Of a stretch of 24,000 bases of DNA, positions 15,247 through 23,246 are shown piece by piece; position 1 is the first letter of the stretch, and each line of letters starts with the position of its first letter. A program made the position numbers and the translations under genes. The notes under the pieces were generated by a model. The model made no database searches. It worked only from the letters and a program-made list of their open reading frames with translations, and was not told where the DNA came from. Origin of the DNA: Candidatus Calditenuis fumarioli (lineage in GTDB: Archaea > Thermoproteota > Nitrososphaeria_A > Caldarchaeales > Calditenuaceae); NCBI GenBank assembly GCA_030059665.1, contig JANVYR010000002.1, positions 161,261-185,260 on the forward strand. Reading direction: 5' to 3'.

Positions 15247-15930
15247 ATGGGAGGGAGGATCGCCGGCGTCGTCTTCGACCTCTTCGGCACGCTCGTCCCC
15301 CGTTATCCGATCGACAGGCACAGGAAGGTCCTGGCCGAGATCGCAGCTCTCCTCGGGGTCGATCCGGTGCGGTTCACAGAGGTCTGGATAAGCAGGCTCG
15401 AGCGCAGGATAACGGGCTTCTGCAGGGACGCTGAGGAGTGCATACTGGACACGCTCGAGGCGATGGGTGCGAGTGCTGACCGAGAGGCGCTTGCCCGGGC
15501 CGCTGCCATCAGGTACGAGTTCATGAGGAGCTGCGTCGTCCCGTACCCGGAGGTCGAGGAAGGGATCAGGGCACTGAAGGGGATGGGATACAAGCTGGGG
15601 CTCATCTCCAACTCCTCGCCGGAGGTCCCGGAGCTCTGGAGGTCGCTGAGCCTGTCGAGGTACTTCGACGTCGCCACGTTCTCCTGTGAGGTCAGGACCA
15701 GAAAGCCCCACCGGGAGATCTACCTGATGACCTGCAGTGCCCTCGGCCTCAGCCCAGAGCTGTGCCTCTACGTCGGAGACGGGTCCGAGAACGAGCTTGA
15801 GGGCGCGAGGGAGGTCGGGATGTTTCCCGTCATGATAGTCCGCGACGGGCCGCTCAGGGACTGGGACGGCCCCGTGGTCCGGGACGTGATGGGCGTCGTG
15901 GAGCTGCTGAAGTCGATGTCGGATTGCTGA
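15247..15930 (+). CDS. HAD-superfamily hydrolase, subfamily IA-like (227 aa)
   Basis: Motif I VVFDLFGTLV, motif II LGLISNSS, motif III RKPHREIY, motif IV YVGDGSENELEGA. ATG 15247 lies after the glyA stop (15210-15212). The longer ORF-track form from 15127 is P/S/T/R-rich and overlaps glyA. Confidence 0.8.
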   Translation: MGGRIAGVVFDLFGTLVPRYPIDRHRKVLAEIAALLGVDPVRFTEVWISRLERRITGFCRDAEECILDTLEAMGASADREALARAAAIRYEFMRSCVVPYPEVEEGIRALKGMGYKLGLISNSSPEVPELWRSLSLSRYFDVATFSCEVRTRKPHREIYLMTCSALGLSPELCLYVGDGSENELEGAREVGMFPVMIVRDGPLRDWDGPVVRDVMGVVELLKSMSDC

Positions 15931-16002
15931 GCGTAAACCCTGTATTCTATAAGAGGTGGGGAGAACAGAAAAAGCGAGCGGTGATGGTTCAGGGCAGACA
16001 GA

Positions 16003-17073
16003 TCAGATGTCCTTCATGAAGTCCTCGAGGTAGTCGAGGTCTCCGTCCGCTCCAGAGCCTCGGATCTCCGCGGGCTGCTGCACCTCATGCGGTCTCTGTG
16101 GTATCCTGAACATCGGTCCCGTGCTGCCCTGCGAGTAGCTGCCACCGCTCATGATGATCGAGACGTGCAGCGTCGACCCGTACCGCCTGTCAACCCTCGC
16201 CCCCCAGATCACGAGACCCTCCTCGCCCATCAGCTCCGAGACGATCTCCGCAGGCCTCGTGGCCTCCTTCAGCTTCATGTCCTCTCCTCCGCCGACGTGG
16301 ACGATGGCCGCGCTGATCCCCTCGATCGTCCCCTCCAGCAGCGGCGACTGGAGCGCGTTGAAGGTCGCCTCCTCCGCCCTGTTCGGGGAGCTGCTCTTGC
16401 CGAGGCCTATCGTGGCGATCCTCCCCCTGCTCACCACCGTCTTGAAGTCCTCGAAGTCGATGTTGATCAGGCTCGGCCGCACCAGCGACTCCGTGATGCT
16501 CACGACCATGTTGTTGATCACCTCGTCGGCCAGCGAGAAGGCGGTGTTCAGGTCGTACTGCGGGTAGAGCTCGAGGAGCCTGTTGTTGTCTATGACCACC
16601 ACCGTGTTGCAGTACCGCTGTAGCTCCTCAAGCCCCCTCATCGCTATCCTCCTCCTCACGGCCCCCTCGAACCTGAACGGCAGCGTCACCACGCCCACGA
16701 CTATCAGCCCCTGCTCCTGCGCCAGTTTGGCCACGAACGGGGCCGCTCCGGTCCCGGTCCCTCCGCCGAGCCCCGCAGCGATGAAGACAAGGTCGGCGTC
16801 CTCCAGCGCTTTCCTCAGGTCCTCCGCGGACTCCTCAGCCGCCATCCTGCCGAGCTCCGGGTTTCCGCCGGTTCCGTGGTTCCTCGTGACGGTTGGTCCG
16901 AGCAGAAGCTTCTCGTGGGCCTTGATGAAGCTGAGGTGCTGGAGGTCCGTGTTCATCGCGATGGCGTAGATGTCAGGTACGTTGGCCTCGATCAGCCGGT
17001 GGACCGTGTTGGATCCGGCTCCGCCCACGCCGATGACCTTTATCCTGATGCTGCTGTTCTGGAGCTCACTCAA
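16003..17073 (-). CDS. ftsZ: Cell division GTPase FtsZ (356 aa)
   Basis: [23 protein letters not shown], tubulin signature [29 protein letters not shown], and acidic C-terminal tail [12 protein letters not shown]. The only in-frame start codon upstream of the essential G-box strand is TTG 17071-17073. Confidence 0.92.
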   Translation of the reverse strand: MSELQNSSIRIKVIGVGGAGSNTVHRLIEANVPDIYAIAMNTDLQHLSFIKAHEKLLLGPTVTRNHGTGGNPELGRMAAEESAEDLRKALEDADLVFIAAGLGGGTGTGAAPFVAKLAQEQGLIVVGVVTLPFRFEGAVRRRIAMRGLEELQRYCNTVVVIDNNRLLELYPQYDLNTAFSLADEVINNMVVSITESLVRPSLINIDFEDFKTVVSRGRIATIGLGKSSSPNRAEEATFNALQSPLLEGTIEGISAAIVHVGGGEDMKLKEATRPAEIVSELMGEEGLVIWGARVDRRYGSTLHVSIIMSGGSYSQGSTGPMFRIPQRPHEVQQPAEIRGSGADGDLDYLEDFMKDI

Positions 17074-17215
17074 CGCTCAGCCTCGCCTCCGTTCTTATGA
17101 AGTCCCTGACCGCCATCCGGATGGCCTCGGCCCTGTTCGGGTAGCGCTTCTTCCTGACGAGCTCGTCGATCGCCTCCAAGTATGCCTCAGGTAGGTGCAC
17201 CGTGACGACCCTCAT
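17066..17215 (-). CDS. Ribbon-helix-helix (CopG/RHH_1) DNA-binding protein, CdrS-like, 49 aa, overlapping the ftsZ start
   Basis: [43 protein letters not shown] is a textbook RHH (beta strand, then helix, then the RxEAIR helix). ATG 17215 is preceded by GGGTGAG. The stop TGA 17066-17068 overlaps the ftsZ TTG by 8 nt (GTTGAGTGA). The 238-aa ORF-track form upstream of this ATG is R/H/Q-rich low-complexity sequence. Confidence 0.75.
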   Translation of the reverse strand: MRVVTVHLPEAYLEAIDELVRKKRYPNRAEAIRMAVRDFIRTEARLSVE

Positions 17216-17485
17216 CTCACCCGGTAGACTGAAGGTGAGAGCGTAAATCGGTTTGAACGAAGAGGTTAAATCCGGTTCCTCGAGGAAGTCCATTCCATCG
17301 CGATTTCCGATCCAGAAATTGGTATGTTCTGACCCACTTTCGCTCCACATTTCATCGTTTGATGAGAACGCGTGGTGAGGTCCGGAGCCGTGAGGTCGGT
17401 GAGCGCGTGGCGGAGATTCAACGCTGGTCGAGGGACGCCGGCACCGATTTATTCGATCCGCGATGATGTGAGAAGGGTTAGCCCC

Positions 17486-18262
17486 ATGCTGCCGGGATGG
17501 TTGGAGGGCGATCTGGCCAACGCGCTGCAGATGGTGAGGCCGGTGGTGCTCGCGGCCCTGATTATTGCGGCTACGTACGTGGTCGCGAAGCTCGTTTCGA
17601 GGCTGACTGACGCGGCGCTCTTCGCCTTCACGCCCGCGATGAGGTTCGCGGCCAAGAGGACGCTCTCGGCGGTGATCCTCGTCATAGGAGGCATCCTGGC
17701 CGCGGAGCAGCTGGGCCTTAGCATAGAGGTTCTGCTGGTGCTGTTGGCCGTTATGGGCATCGCCGTGGTCCTGGCGCTCCATAACGTCCTCAGCAGCGTC
17801 GCTGCCCGGTACTTCATCGAGCCCTACGTCCCGATCAGGGTGGGAGACACGGTGACGATAGGCTCTTACAGGGGAAAGGTGATCGAGATCAACCCGCTCA
17901 CGACCCTGCTGCAGACCGATGACGGCCGGGTGGTTTCCGTCCCGAACTCGGTGATCCTGAGGGAGCCTGTGGTCAACGAGTCGGCCTCCGCAGCCCGGGA
18001 GATCAGCATCCCCATCGCCCTCCCCTCGAAGGACGTCAAGCTGCCTGAGCTGGAGTCAGCGCTGATCAAGGCGTGCATGAAGCTGAGGTCCAAGCTCGAT
18101 CCCATGAGGCCGCCACAGGTCGAGGTCAGGTCCAGGTCCGAGAGGGAGGTCCAGATGCTCCTCAAGGTCTGGGTCTCGGACCCGAGTTACAGGAGCGCGG
18201 TCAGCGAAGAGCTGAAGCGCAGGGTTGACGACCTCCTGACCTCAATGCTCGGCCAGGGTTAG
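17486..18262 (+). CDS. MscS-family small-conductance mechanosensitive channel (258 aa)
   Basis: Three N-terminal hydrophobic helices. Pore-helix and beta-domain signature [68 protein letters not shown]. Start chosen at ATG 17486 (MLPGWLEG), with a GATTTATTCG box about 35 nt upstream. The ORF-track start at 17372 adds an R-rich extension. Confidence 0.8.
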   Translation: MLPGWLEGDLANALQMVRPVVLAALIIAATYVVAKLVSRLTDAALFAFTPAMRFAAKRTLSAVILVIGGILAAEQLGLSIEVLLVLLAVMGIAVVLALHNVLSSVAARYFIEPYVPIRVGDTVTIGSYRGKVIEINPLTTLLQTDDGRVVSVPNSVILREPVVNESASAAREISIPIALPSKDVKLPELESALIKACMKLRSKLDPMRPPQVEVRSRSEREVQMLLKVWVSDPSYRSAVSEELKRRVDDLLTSMLGQG

Positions 18263-18375
18263 TCGCCGTCCACGGCCAGCGAGGCAACCGCTCTCTCCGG
18301 ATCTGGGGCCGCGGGTCAGTCGTGCTGCGCAGTGGTGCGAGAGGTTCACGTGCTGGCGTCATGCCGTAAGACCGG

Positions 18376-18768
18376 ATGGTTCCGGGCAGGAGACCTTCCG
18401 CGGCGAGGGAGGAGGTGCTTGAGGAGCTCGAGAGGTTCGTGAGGATCCTGAACGAATCCGGCGCCGTCGTCGTGGTCGAGGGCGAGAGCGACAGGAGGGC
18501 CCTCGTCGAGTCCGGAGTCTCCGTGAGGGTGCTGACGCTCGCGGAGTTCGAGCGTGAGGTCGAGGATATGCCTGGTCAGGAGGTGGAGCTCTTGACGGAC
18601 CTCGACCGGCAGGGCGAGGAGCACTTCCGGAGGCTCGTTGGCAGATACGGTGGCGTCGTGAGGTTCACCACTCAGGCCCGGGACTACCTCAGGAGCACCA
18701 CGTCCTACAGGATGGGCATGAGGAGCGTCTACGAGCTGCTGCTGTTCTACCGGAGGAACGCTCTCTAG
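18376..18768 (+). CDS. Small Toprim-domain protein (RNase M5 / primase-like Toprim fold, 130 aa)
   Basis: Toprim glutamate context VVVVEGESDRRAL and the DxD context VELLTDLDRQGEE. ATG start. The size matches stand-alone archaeal Toprim proteins. Confidence 0.7.
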   Translation: MVPGRRPSAAREEVLEELERFVRILNESGAVVVVEGESDRRALVESGVSVRVLTLAEFEREVEDMPGQEVELLTDLDRQGEEHFRRLVGRYGGVVRFTTQARDYLRSTTSYRMGMRSVYELLLFYRRNAL

Positions 18769-18776
18769 GAACGCCT

Positions 18777-19964
18777 CTATGAGCTCCCTAGGAACGCCTC
18801 GATGGCCCTCCCCACCTCGGCGGGCCTGCCGGTGAGGTCCTTCAGCGTTCTGCCCATCGCGACGATCGTCGGTATCAGGTACCTGGCGGTCGCCGTCACG
18901 CCCATGTGTCCCACCCGGACGGTGCTGTCGACGAGGCTCCCGAGGCCGTTCGTCACCATGACCCTGTAGCTTCTCAGCATGTGTCCCACGAACTCGTCGG
19001 CCTTTCCCCTGAGTGGGGGCGGAAGCTCCAGCGATGTGACCGTCGGCGCTGCCAGCTCCTCCGACCTCGCCACCGGCTCCAGGCCGAGGACCTTCGCGGC
19101 CCTCCTGAAGGCCCCTGAAGCCCTCAGGTGCCTCTGGTACCTCCTCTCGAGACCCTCCTCAAGCGCCGACTCGGCGGCCAGCCTGAAGGCGACCACCGCG
19201 TAGGGGTTTATGGTGGTGTGGTAGGGGTGGCCCTCCTCGGCCCACAGCAGGTAGTAGCGCTTGAACGCGGAGGGGTTCGAGATCCAGCCGTCGCCGATTT
19301 CGGACGGGTCAATTTTCTCCCAGAGGTCCTCGGAGATGTGGAGCGGCACCACGCCGGGCATGCTGTTGAGGCACTTGTTGGGGTGGCCGACGCAGACGTC
19401 GATGCCGAGCTCCCTCACGTCGAGTGGGACCGCACCGTAGGAGGCTATGGCGTCGCAGATCACCCTAACTCCCCTCTCCTCGGCGAGCCTCGCGTAGGAC
19501 CTCAGGTCGTGGATCACACCGGTTCCCGTCTCAACGTGGACCAGCATCAGCGCCTCCGCGTCCGGGTTCCTGCTGAGGGCCCTCTCGACGTCGCCGATCT
19601 CCGGCACCAGCCCCTCCTCCGCCCTCACCTCGACCACGTCCGCACCGAGGCTCCTCGCTAGCTCCGCCAACCTCTCTCCCCAGAAGCCGCTGATCAGAAC
19701 CACCGCCTTCTCGCCTCTGGAGAGGACCGTCCTGGTCCCCAGCTCCAGCGCGAGCGACCCCGGCCCCGGAACCAAAAAGGTGTTCTCGGGGTTGGATCCG
19801 AAGAGCGCGGCGGCCGCCTTCCTCGCCCTCTCCACCTCCGGCGCCCATTCAGGACCGTAGTGTGGCAGCGACCTCTCCGAGAGGACCCTCCTCACCGCAG
19901 GGTGGAGCTCGGTCGGTCCGGGTATCATCAGCAGAGCATCGCCCTCCCAGAGGTCCTCGACCAA
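18777..19964 (-). CDS. Class-V PLP-dependent aminotransferase (alanine-glyoxylate / serine-pyruvate aminotransferase family, 395 aa)
   Basis: N-terminal LLMIPGPTELHPAV, the mid-region HVETGTGVIHDL, and the lysine context GHPNKCLNSMPG. TTG start at 19964 has GAGGAGG about 9 nt upstream. An ATG three codons before PGP is an alternative start. Confidence 0.85.
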   Translation of the reverse strand: MVEDLWEGDALLMIPGPTELHPAVRRVLSERSLPHYGPEWAPEVERARKAAAALFGSNPENTFLVPGPGSLALELGTRTVLSRGEKAVVLISGFWGERLAELARSLGADVVEVRAEEGLVPEIGDVERALSRNPDAEALMLVHVETGTGVIHDLRSYARLAEERGVRVICDAIASYGAVPLDVRELGIDVCVGHPNKCLNSMPGVVPLHISEDLWEKIDPSEIGDGWISNPSAFKRYYLLWAEEGHPYHTTINPYAVVAFRLAAESALEEGLERRYQRHLRASGAFRRAAKVLGLEPVARSEELAAPTVTSLELPPPLRGKADEFVGHMLRSYRVMVTNGLGSLVDSTVRVGHMGVTATARYLIPTIVAMGRTLKDLTGRPAEVGRAIEAFLGSS

Positions 19965-20001
19965 CGCCCTCGCCTCCTCAGCCGAGCCGGGAAGCCTTCG
20001 G

Positions 20002-20006
20002 AAAAA
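20002..20006 (-). terminator. Oligo-T run (TTTTT on the minus strand) about 18 nt downstream of the paralogue C stop
   Basis: Archaeal termination typically uses oligo-T tracts, and this is the only one in the 60-bp spacer. Weak evidence. Confidence 0.3.
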
Positions 20007-20024
20007 GTTGACGCGGGCCCTCCG

Positions 20025-20735
20025 TCAGAGCTCCAGCGTCTCCCTTATCTCCCTGCCCAGCACGAGCCTGATCCCGTTCCTCCCCGCGAGCTCCCTCAGG
20101 TACGAGCCGATCTCCTCCGGCACCGAGCCCACCAGGAGGAGCACCAGCAGCGCCCTCCTGCCGTACCTCTCCTCGACCATCGAGACCCTGCTCCTGAGCT
20201 TCTCGACCTCCGACTCGGCCTGTTCGCGCGTTCCGATGTAATTCGTGATCTCGCCGACCACGAGCGGTTCCTCGCAAAAGGCGTCGATATCAACGACCTT
20301 GCCGTCCACGGCGAAGTGCTTGACGTCAACCCTCGCGTCGGGGTACCCCATCTCGTCGAGCAGGACCTCGATGAAGGCCCGGGCCGTGGCCTCGAAGGTG
20401 ACGCCGAGCATCTCCCTCAGCTCCCTGAACCCTGACTTGACGTACTTCCAGAACCTCTCTTGGCCGGCCTCGAGTCGCCTCACGCTCTCCCACAGCCTCT
20501 CCTGTCCCTCCCTAAGCGCTCTGACCTCCTCCCACAGCCTGTTAACATTCTCCCACAGTCTGTTCTGGTTCTCCTCCAGCCTGTCGAGCCTCTTCAGTAT
20601 CTCGAGTATGTGGGACTCATGTCTGTCAAGCCTCTTGAGTATCTCTGACAGGCCGAGATAACCTGCGACGGTGTACCTGAACTCGACGTCCTTCTCCAGC
20701 AGCTCGATGAACTCCCTCTTCAGCTTCTCGGCCAT
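20025..20735 (-). CDS. Paralogue C (236 aa): divergent member of the same coiled-coil / PD-(D/E)XK-like family
   Basis: ATG start. N-terminus VEFRYTVAGYLGLSEILKRLDRHESHILEILKRLDRLE matches A and B, with nucleotide similarity in that segment as well. The centre has NRLWE(N/E)V-type heptads. The C-terminus VVDIDAFCEEPLVVGEITNYIG...ALLVLLLVGSVPEEIGSYLRELAGRNGIRLVLG has the same D...E-x-(S/T) pattern but low identity. Confidence 0.8.
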   Translation of the reverse strand: MAEKLKREFIELLEKDVEFRYTVAGYLGLSEILKRLDRHESHILEILKRLDRLEENQNRLWENVNRLWEEVRALREGQERLWESVRRLEAGQERFWKYVKSGFRELREMLGVTFEATARAFIEVLLDEMGYPDARVDVKHFAVDGKVVDIDAFCEEPLVVGEITNYIGTREQAESEVEKLRSRVSMVEERYGRRALLVLLLVGSVPEEIGSYLRELAGRNGIRLVLGREIRETLEL

Positions 20736-20819
20736 CCCCGATCAAACGCGTGTGTCAGCGACTAATGGGAGTTATTGCTGTCCCCCCAGCCGGTTGTCGG
20801 CCACGCGGTCCTCCCTGCC

Positions 20820-22160
20820 TCAGGGTCTGAGCCTGACGGGTTCGCTCCGGTCGCCGATCTCCCCCGCGATCCTCGTGAGCATCAGCCTCCTGATCTCCTC
20901 CAGGTCGTGGGCCCTGTGGAGGACCCACATCAGCTTGACCAGCGCGACCTCCGGGAGCATGTCGTCGAGCGGCGTGACGCCGGCCGCCTGTAGGTCCCTG
21001 CCGTTGTCGTAGACGTTCATGTTCACCCTTCCGAACCTGCACTGGGAGCACATGCCGAAGAAGACCCCGTCCCTCACGAGCCTCCTTATCACCGGTATCC
21101 ACGAGGACGCCACGTGTCCTAGCCCCGTCCCCTCCAGCACGAAGCCCCTGACGCCCTCGGATGCCAGGTGCTCGAGGACCGATGGTCTCATTCCTGGCCA
21201 GAACTTCAGCAGGTAAGCCCTCTCGTCGAACCCCGGCTCGTACCTGTAATCTTCGGATCCCCGAGGGTTCAGGCCCTCCGCCAGCACCTCGATCCTTCCC
21301 TCCCTGACCAGCGCTATCGGTCCCGCGTTGACGCTCCTGAAGGCGTCCCTGCTGCTGGTGTGGAGCTTCACGACCCTCGTTCCCCTGTGGACAGCTATCT
21401 CGTCGTCCGAGTGCCAGTGGTGCATCGCAACGCAGACCTCCGCGAAGCTCGATCTCGCAGCTACCGTGAGGGCCCCCATGAGGTTGGTGGCAGCATCGCT
21501 CGATGGCCTGTCGGAGCTCCTCTGAGCTCCCACCAGGACGACCGGGACCGGAGGCCTCTGGAGGACGAAGCTGAGCGCGGCAGCGGTGTAGTGCATCGTG
21601 TCGGTTCCGTGCGCTATCACGATCCCGTCGTAACCGTCAACGAGCCTTTGGTGTGCGCGCTCCGCGATCAGACTCCAGTCCCTCGGAGTCATGTTCTCGC
21701 TGTAGAGGGAGAGGACCACCTCCGCGTCGATCCTGGCCAGCTCAAGCACCTCCCTGATCACGGAGACCAGGTCCTCCGTGGTCATCGCTGGCCTCACGGC
21801 TCCGGTCCTGTAGTCGACCCTGCTCGCGATCGTCCCTCCGGTCCCGAGCAGCGCCACCCTCGGCAACGACGGGTCCTGCGGCGGTATCTCGCCTCGCCTG
21901 AAGGCCGGAGCCCTCCCCGCAGCCAACCTCCTGATGACCGTCCCCTCGGTGAACGCGATGCCGACGTTGTACCCGTTCCTGAGCTTGATGGTGATGACGT
22001 CCTCGTCGGCGTACTCCGGCCTCGCGATCAGGTAACCGACGAAGGTCTGGCCGTCGGGCGTTACGACCTCCAGCTCGTCCCCCTCCTCGGCTCCGATCCC
22101 CTCGAGGACTTCCCTCAGCCTGCCCCTGTAACCTGAAGGCGCCATCCCGGAGTCAGCCAA
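20820..22160 (-). CDS. gatD: Glutamyl-tRNA(Gln) amidotransferase subunit D
   Basis: N-terminal GDELEVVTPDG...ITIKLRNGYNVGI domain followed by an asparaginase-like domain with LLGTGGTIASRVDYRTGAV and IAHGTDTMHYTAAAL. The start is TTG 22160 or ATG 22145, which lies about 27 nt from a TATA-like box. Confidence 0.9.
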   Translation of the reverse strand: MADSGMAPSGYRGRLREVLEGIGAEEGDELEVVTPDGQTFVGYLIARPEYADEDVITIKLRNGYNVGIAFTEGTVIRRLAAGRAPAFRRGEIPPQDPSLPRVALLGTGGTIASRVDYRTGAVRPAMTTEDLVSVIREVLELARIDAEVVLSLYSENMTPRDWSLIAERAHQRLVDGYDGIVIAHGTDTMHYTAAALSFVLQRPPVPVVLVGAQRSSDRPSSDAATNLMGALTVAARSSFAEVCVAMHHWHSDDEIAVHRGTRVVKLHTSSRDAFRSVNAGPIALVREGRIEVLAEGLNPRGSEDYRYEPGFDERAYLLKFWPGMRPSVLEHLASEGVRGFVLEGTGLGHVASSWIPVIRRLVRDGVFFGMCSQCRFGRVNMNVYDNGRDLQAAGVTPLDDMLPEVALVKLMWVLHRAHDLEEIRRLMLTRIAGEIGDRSEPVRLRP

Positions 22161-22168
22161 CAGTTACG

Positions 22169-22177
22169 GATAATAAC
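22169..22177. promoter_or_regulatory. Shared A/T-rich box (GATAATAAC) in the 46-bp divergent gatD / CBS intergenic region
   Basis: About 30-38 nt upstream of CBS ATG 22207, which also has GAGGAG directly upstream. About 25-32 nt upstream of the gatD ATG 22145 on the other strand. Confidence 0.3.
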
Positions 22178-22206
22178 TGTGCAGTGGAAAGTATTGTTGA
22201 GGAGCC

Positions 22207-22623
22207 ATGCCCATAACAGTCCGCGTCAGGGACATCATGGAAAAGGAGGTGCCCACGATCGATGCCAAGGCCACGGTGATGGAGGCGGTCCAGCGCATGG
22301 TGAGGGAGAACGTCTGGTCATTCCTGGTCACCCGGGATGGCCTGCCGGTTGGGGTCGTGACGGAGAGGGACATCCTGAGGAGGTGCATCTCGAAGGGTTA
22401 CAGCCTCAACATGAAGGTGGAGGAGATCATGTCGTCGCCGATCATAACGATAGGGCCCGACGAGCCGATCGGGAAGGCGCTGCAGCTGATGGCCGAGAAG
22501 AACATCAGGAGGCTCTACGTCGTCGAGGGCGGCAAGGTCATCGGACGTATAACCCAGACCAAGTCGATGGAGTCGCTGCTGGACATACTCATGACTTTGC
22601 AGAGCCTCCCCTACCAGCTCTGA
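22207..22623 (+). CDS. CBS-domain pair (Bateman module) protein, 138 aa
   Basis: Two CBS repeats: VRDIMEKEVPTIDAKATVMEAVQRMVRENVWSFLVTRDGLPVGVVTERDILRR and VEEIMSSPIITIGPDEPIGKALQLMAEKNIRRLYVVEGGKVIGRITQTK. ATG with GAGGAG SD. Confidence 0.85.
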   Translation: MPITVRVRDIMEKEVPTIDAKATVMEAVQRMVRENVWSFLVTRDGLPVGVVTERDILRRCISKGYSLNMKVEEIMSSPIITIGPDEPIGKALQLMAEKNIRRLYVVEGGKVIGRITQTKSMESLLDILMTLQSLPYQL

Positions 22624-22661
22624 CCTAACACAACACCCCGATCGGTTTCTTGCGGCCCTTC

Positions 22662-23246
22662 TCACCCAGCAGCAGAGGGTCGCTCCTCCGCGTCCTCGTT
22701 CCTCTCCCGCTCCCCACCCTTGCCCTTCCCTCTGGACAGGTACCTGACCGAGAGGTGAACGGCCTCCGCCGCTATCAGGACGGCCAGCGTGATCGGCCCC
22801 CACGGCGGGAAGAGCTCGCCCCTCAGGAAGAGCGTCAGGTAACCCAGCCCGGTCCAGTGAGGTATCATCAGCCCGGTCCACCTCCCCACCACCGCATCCG
22901 GAGGGACGGGGAAGGGGTCAGGAGCGCTGTTGGCGTCGCCCTTCGTGATCAGCGCGTAGGGTTCCTTCGCTATGGCCCTGTGGACGATGAGCCGGCCGTC
23001 GAAGGGCCTCCGGTAGACGATCACGTCTCCGTCGATCGGTGAGGCCCTGATCTCCTCGAACCTCACGCCCTCTATCAGCAGGATGTCGCCCTCGTGGAGG
23101 ACCGGCCTCATGCTGCCCGATGCCACCACGACCAGCGGCGTCCGGGTGTCCAGCGCGAGACCGAGGCCCACGAAGAGCGCGAGGAAGGCCAGCAGGAGCA
23201 CCAGCAGGGGAAGGGCGCCCTTCAGGTACCTCGTCGCGTTGCTCAT
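22662..23246 (-). CDS. Type I signal peptidase, archaeal/eukaryotic Sec11-SipW-like (S26B), 194 aa
   Basis: N-terminal anchor LPLLVLLLAFLALFVGLGL. Catalytic Ser box ASGSMRPVLHEGDILL, His box LIVHRAI, and box E ITKGDANSAPD. A second hydrophobic span lies near the C-terminus. ATG 23246 overlaps the upstream stop (ATGA). Confidence 0.85.
   Translation of the reverse strand: MSNATRYLKGALPLLVLLLAFLALFVGLGLALDTRTPLVVVASGSMRPVLHEGDILLIEGVRFEEIRASPIDGDVIVYRRPFDGRLIVHRAIAKEPYALITKGDANSAPDPFPVPPDAVVGRWTGLMIPHWTGLGYLTLFLRGELFPPWGPITLAVLIAAEAVHLSVRYLSRGKGKGGERERNEDAEERPSAAG

Noticed and set aside
15931-16002. Possible C/D-box sRNA or antisense promoter (TTCTATAAGA, GTGATGG...CAGATCAGATG) between the HAD gene and the ftsZ 3' end
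   Set aside because: No proper RUGAUGA / CUGA box pairs with correct spacing. The TATA-like element alone is insufficient.
17340-17480. TGATGA and ATGATG motifs in the divergent RHH/MscS intergenic region as a possible C/D-box sRNA
   Set aside because: There are no matching D/D' boxes (CUGA) at 12-nt guide spacing and no terminal stem. The region is more simply a pair of divergent promoters.
17216-17782. Upstream 189 codons of the 238-aa minus-strand ORF containing the RHH gene
   Set aside because: R/H/Q/E-rich low-complexity sequence that overlaps the MscS gene on the opposite strand. Only the last 49 codons, from ATG 17215 with an SD, form a recognisable RHH domain.
21168-22136. 322-aa ORF antisense to gatD
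   Set aside because: Low-complexity R/P/V/D-rich sequence. The gatD frame carries the TGGTIAS and HGTDTM signatures.
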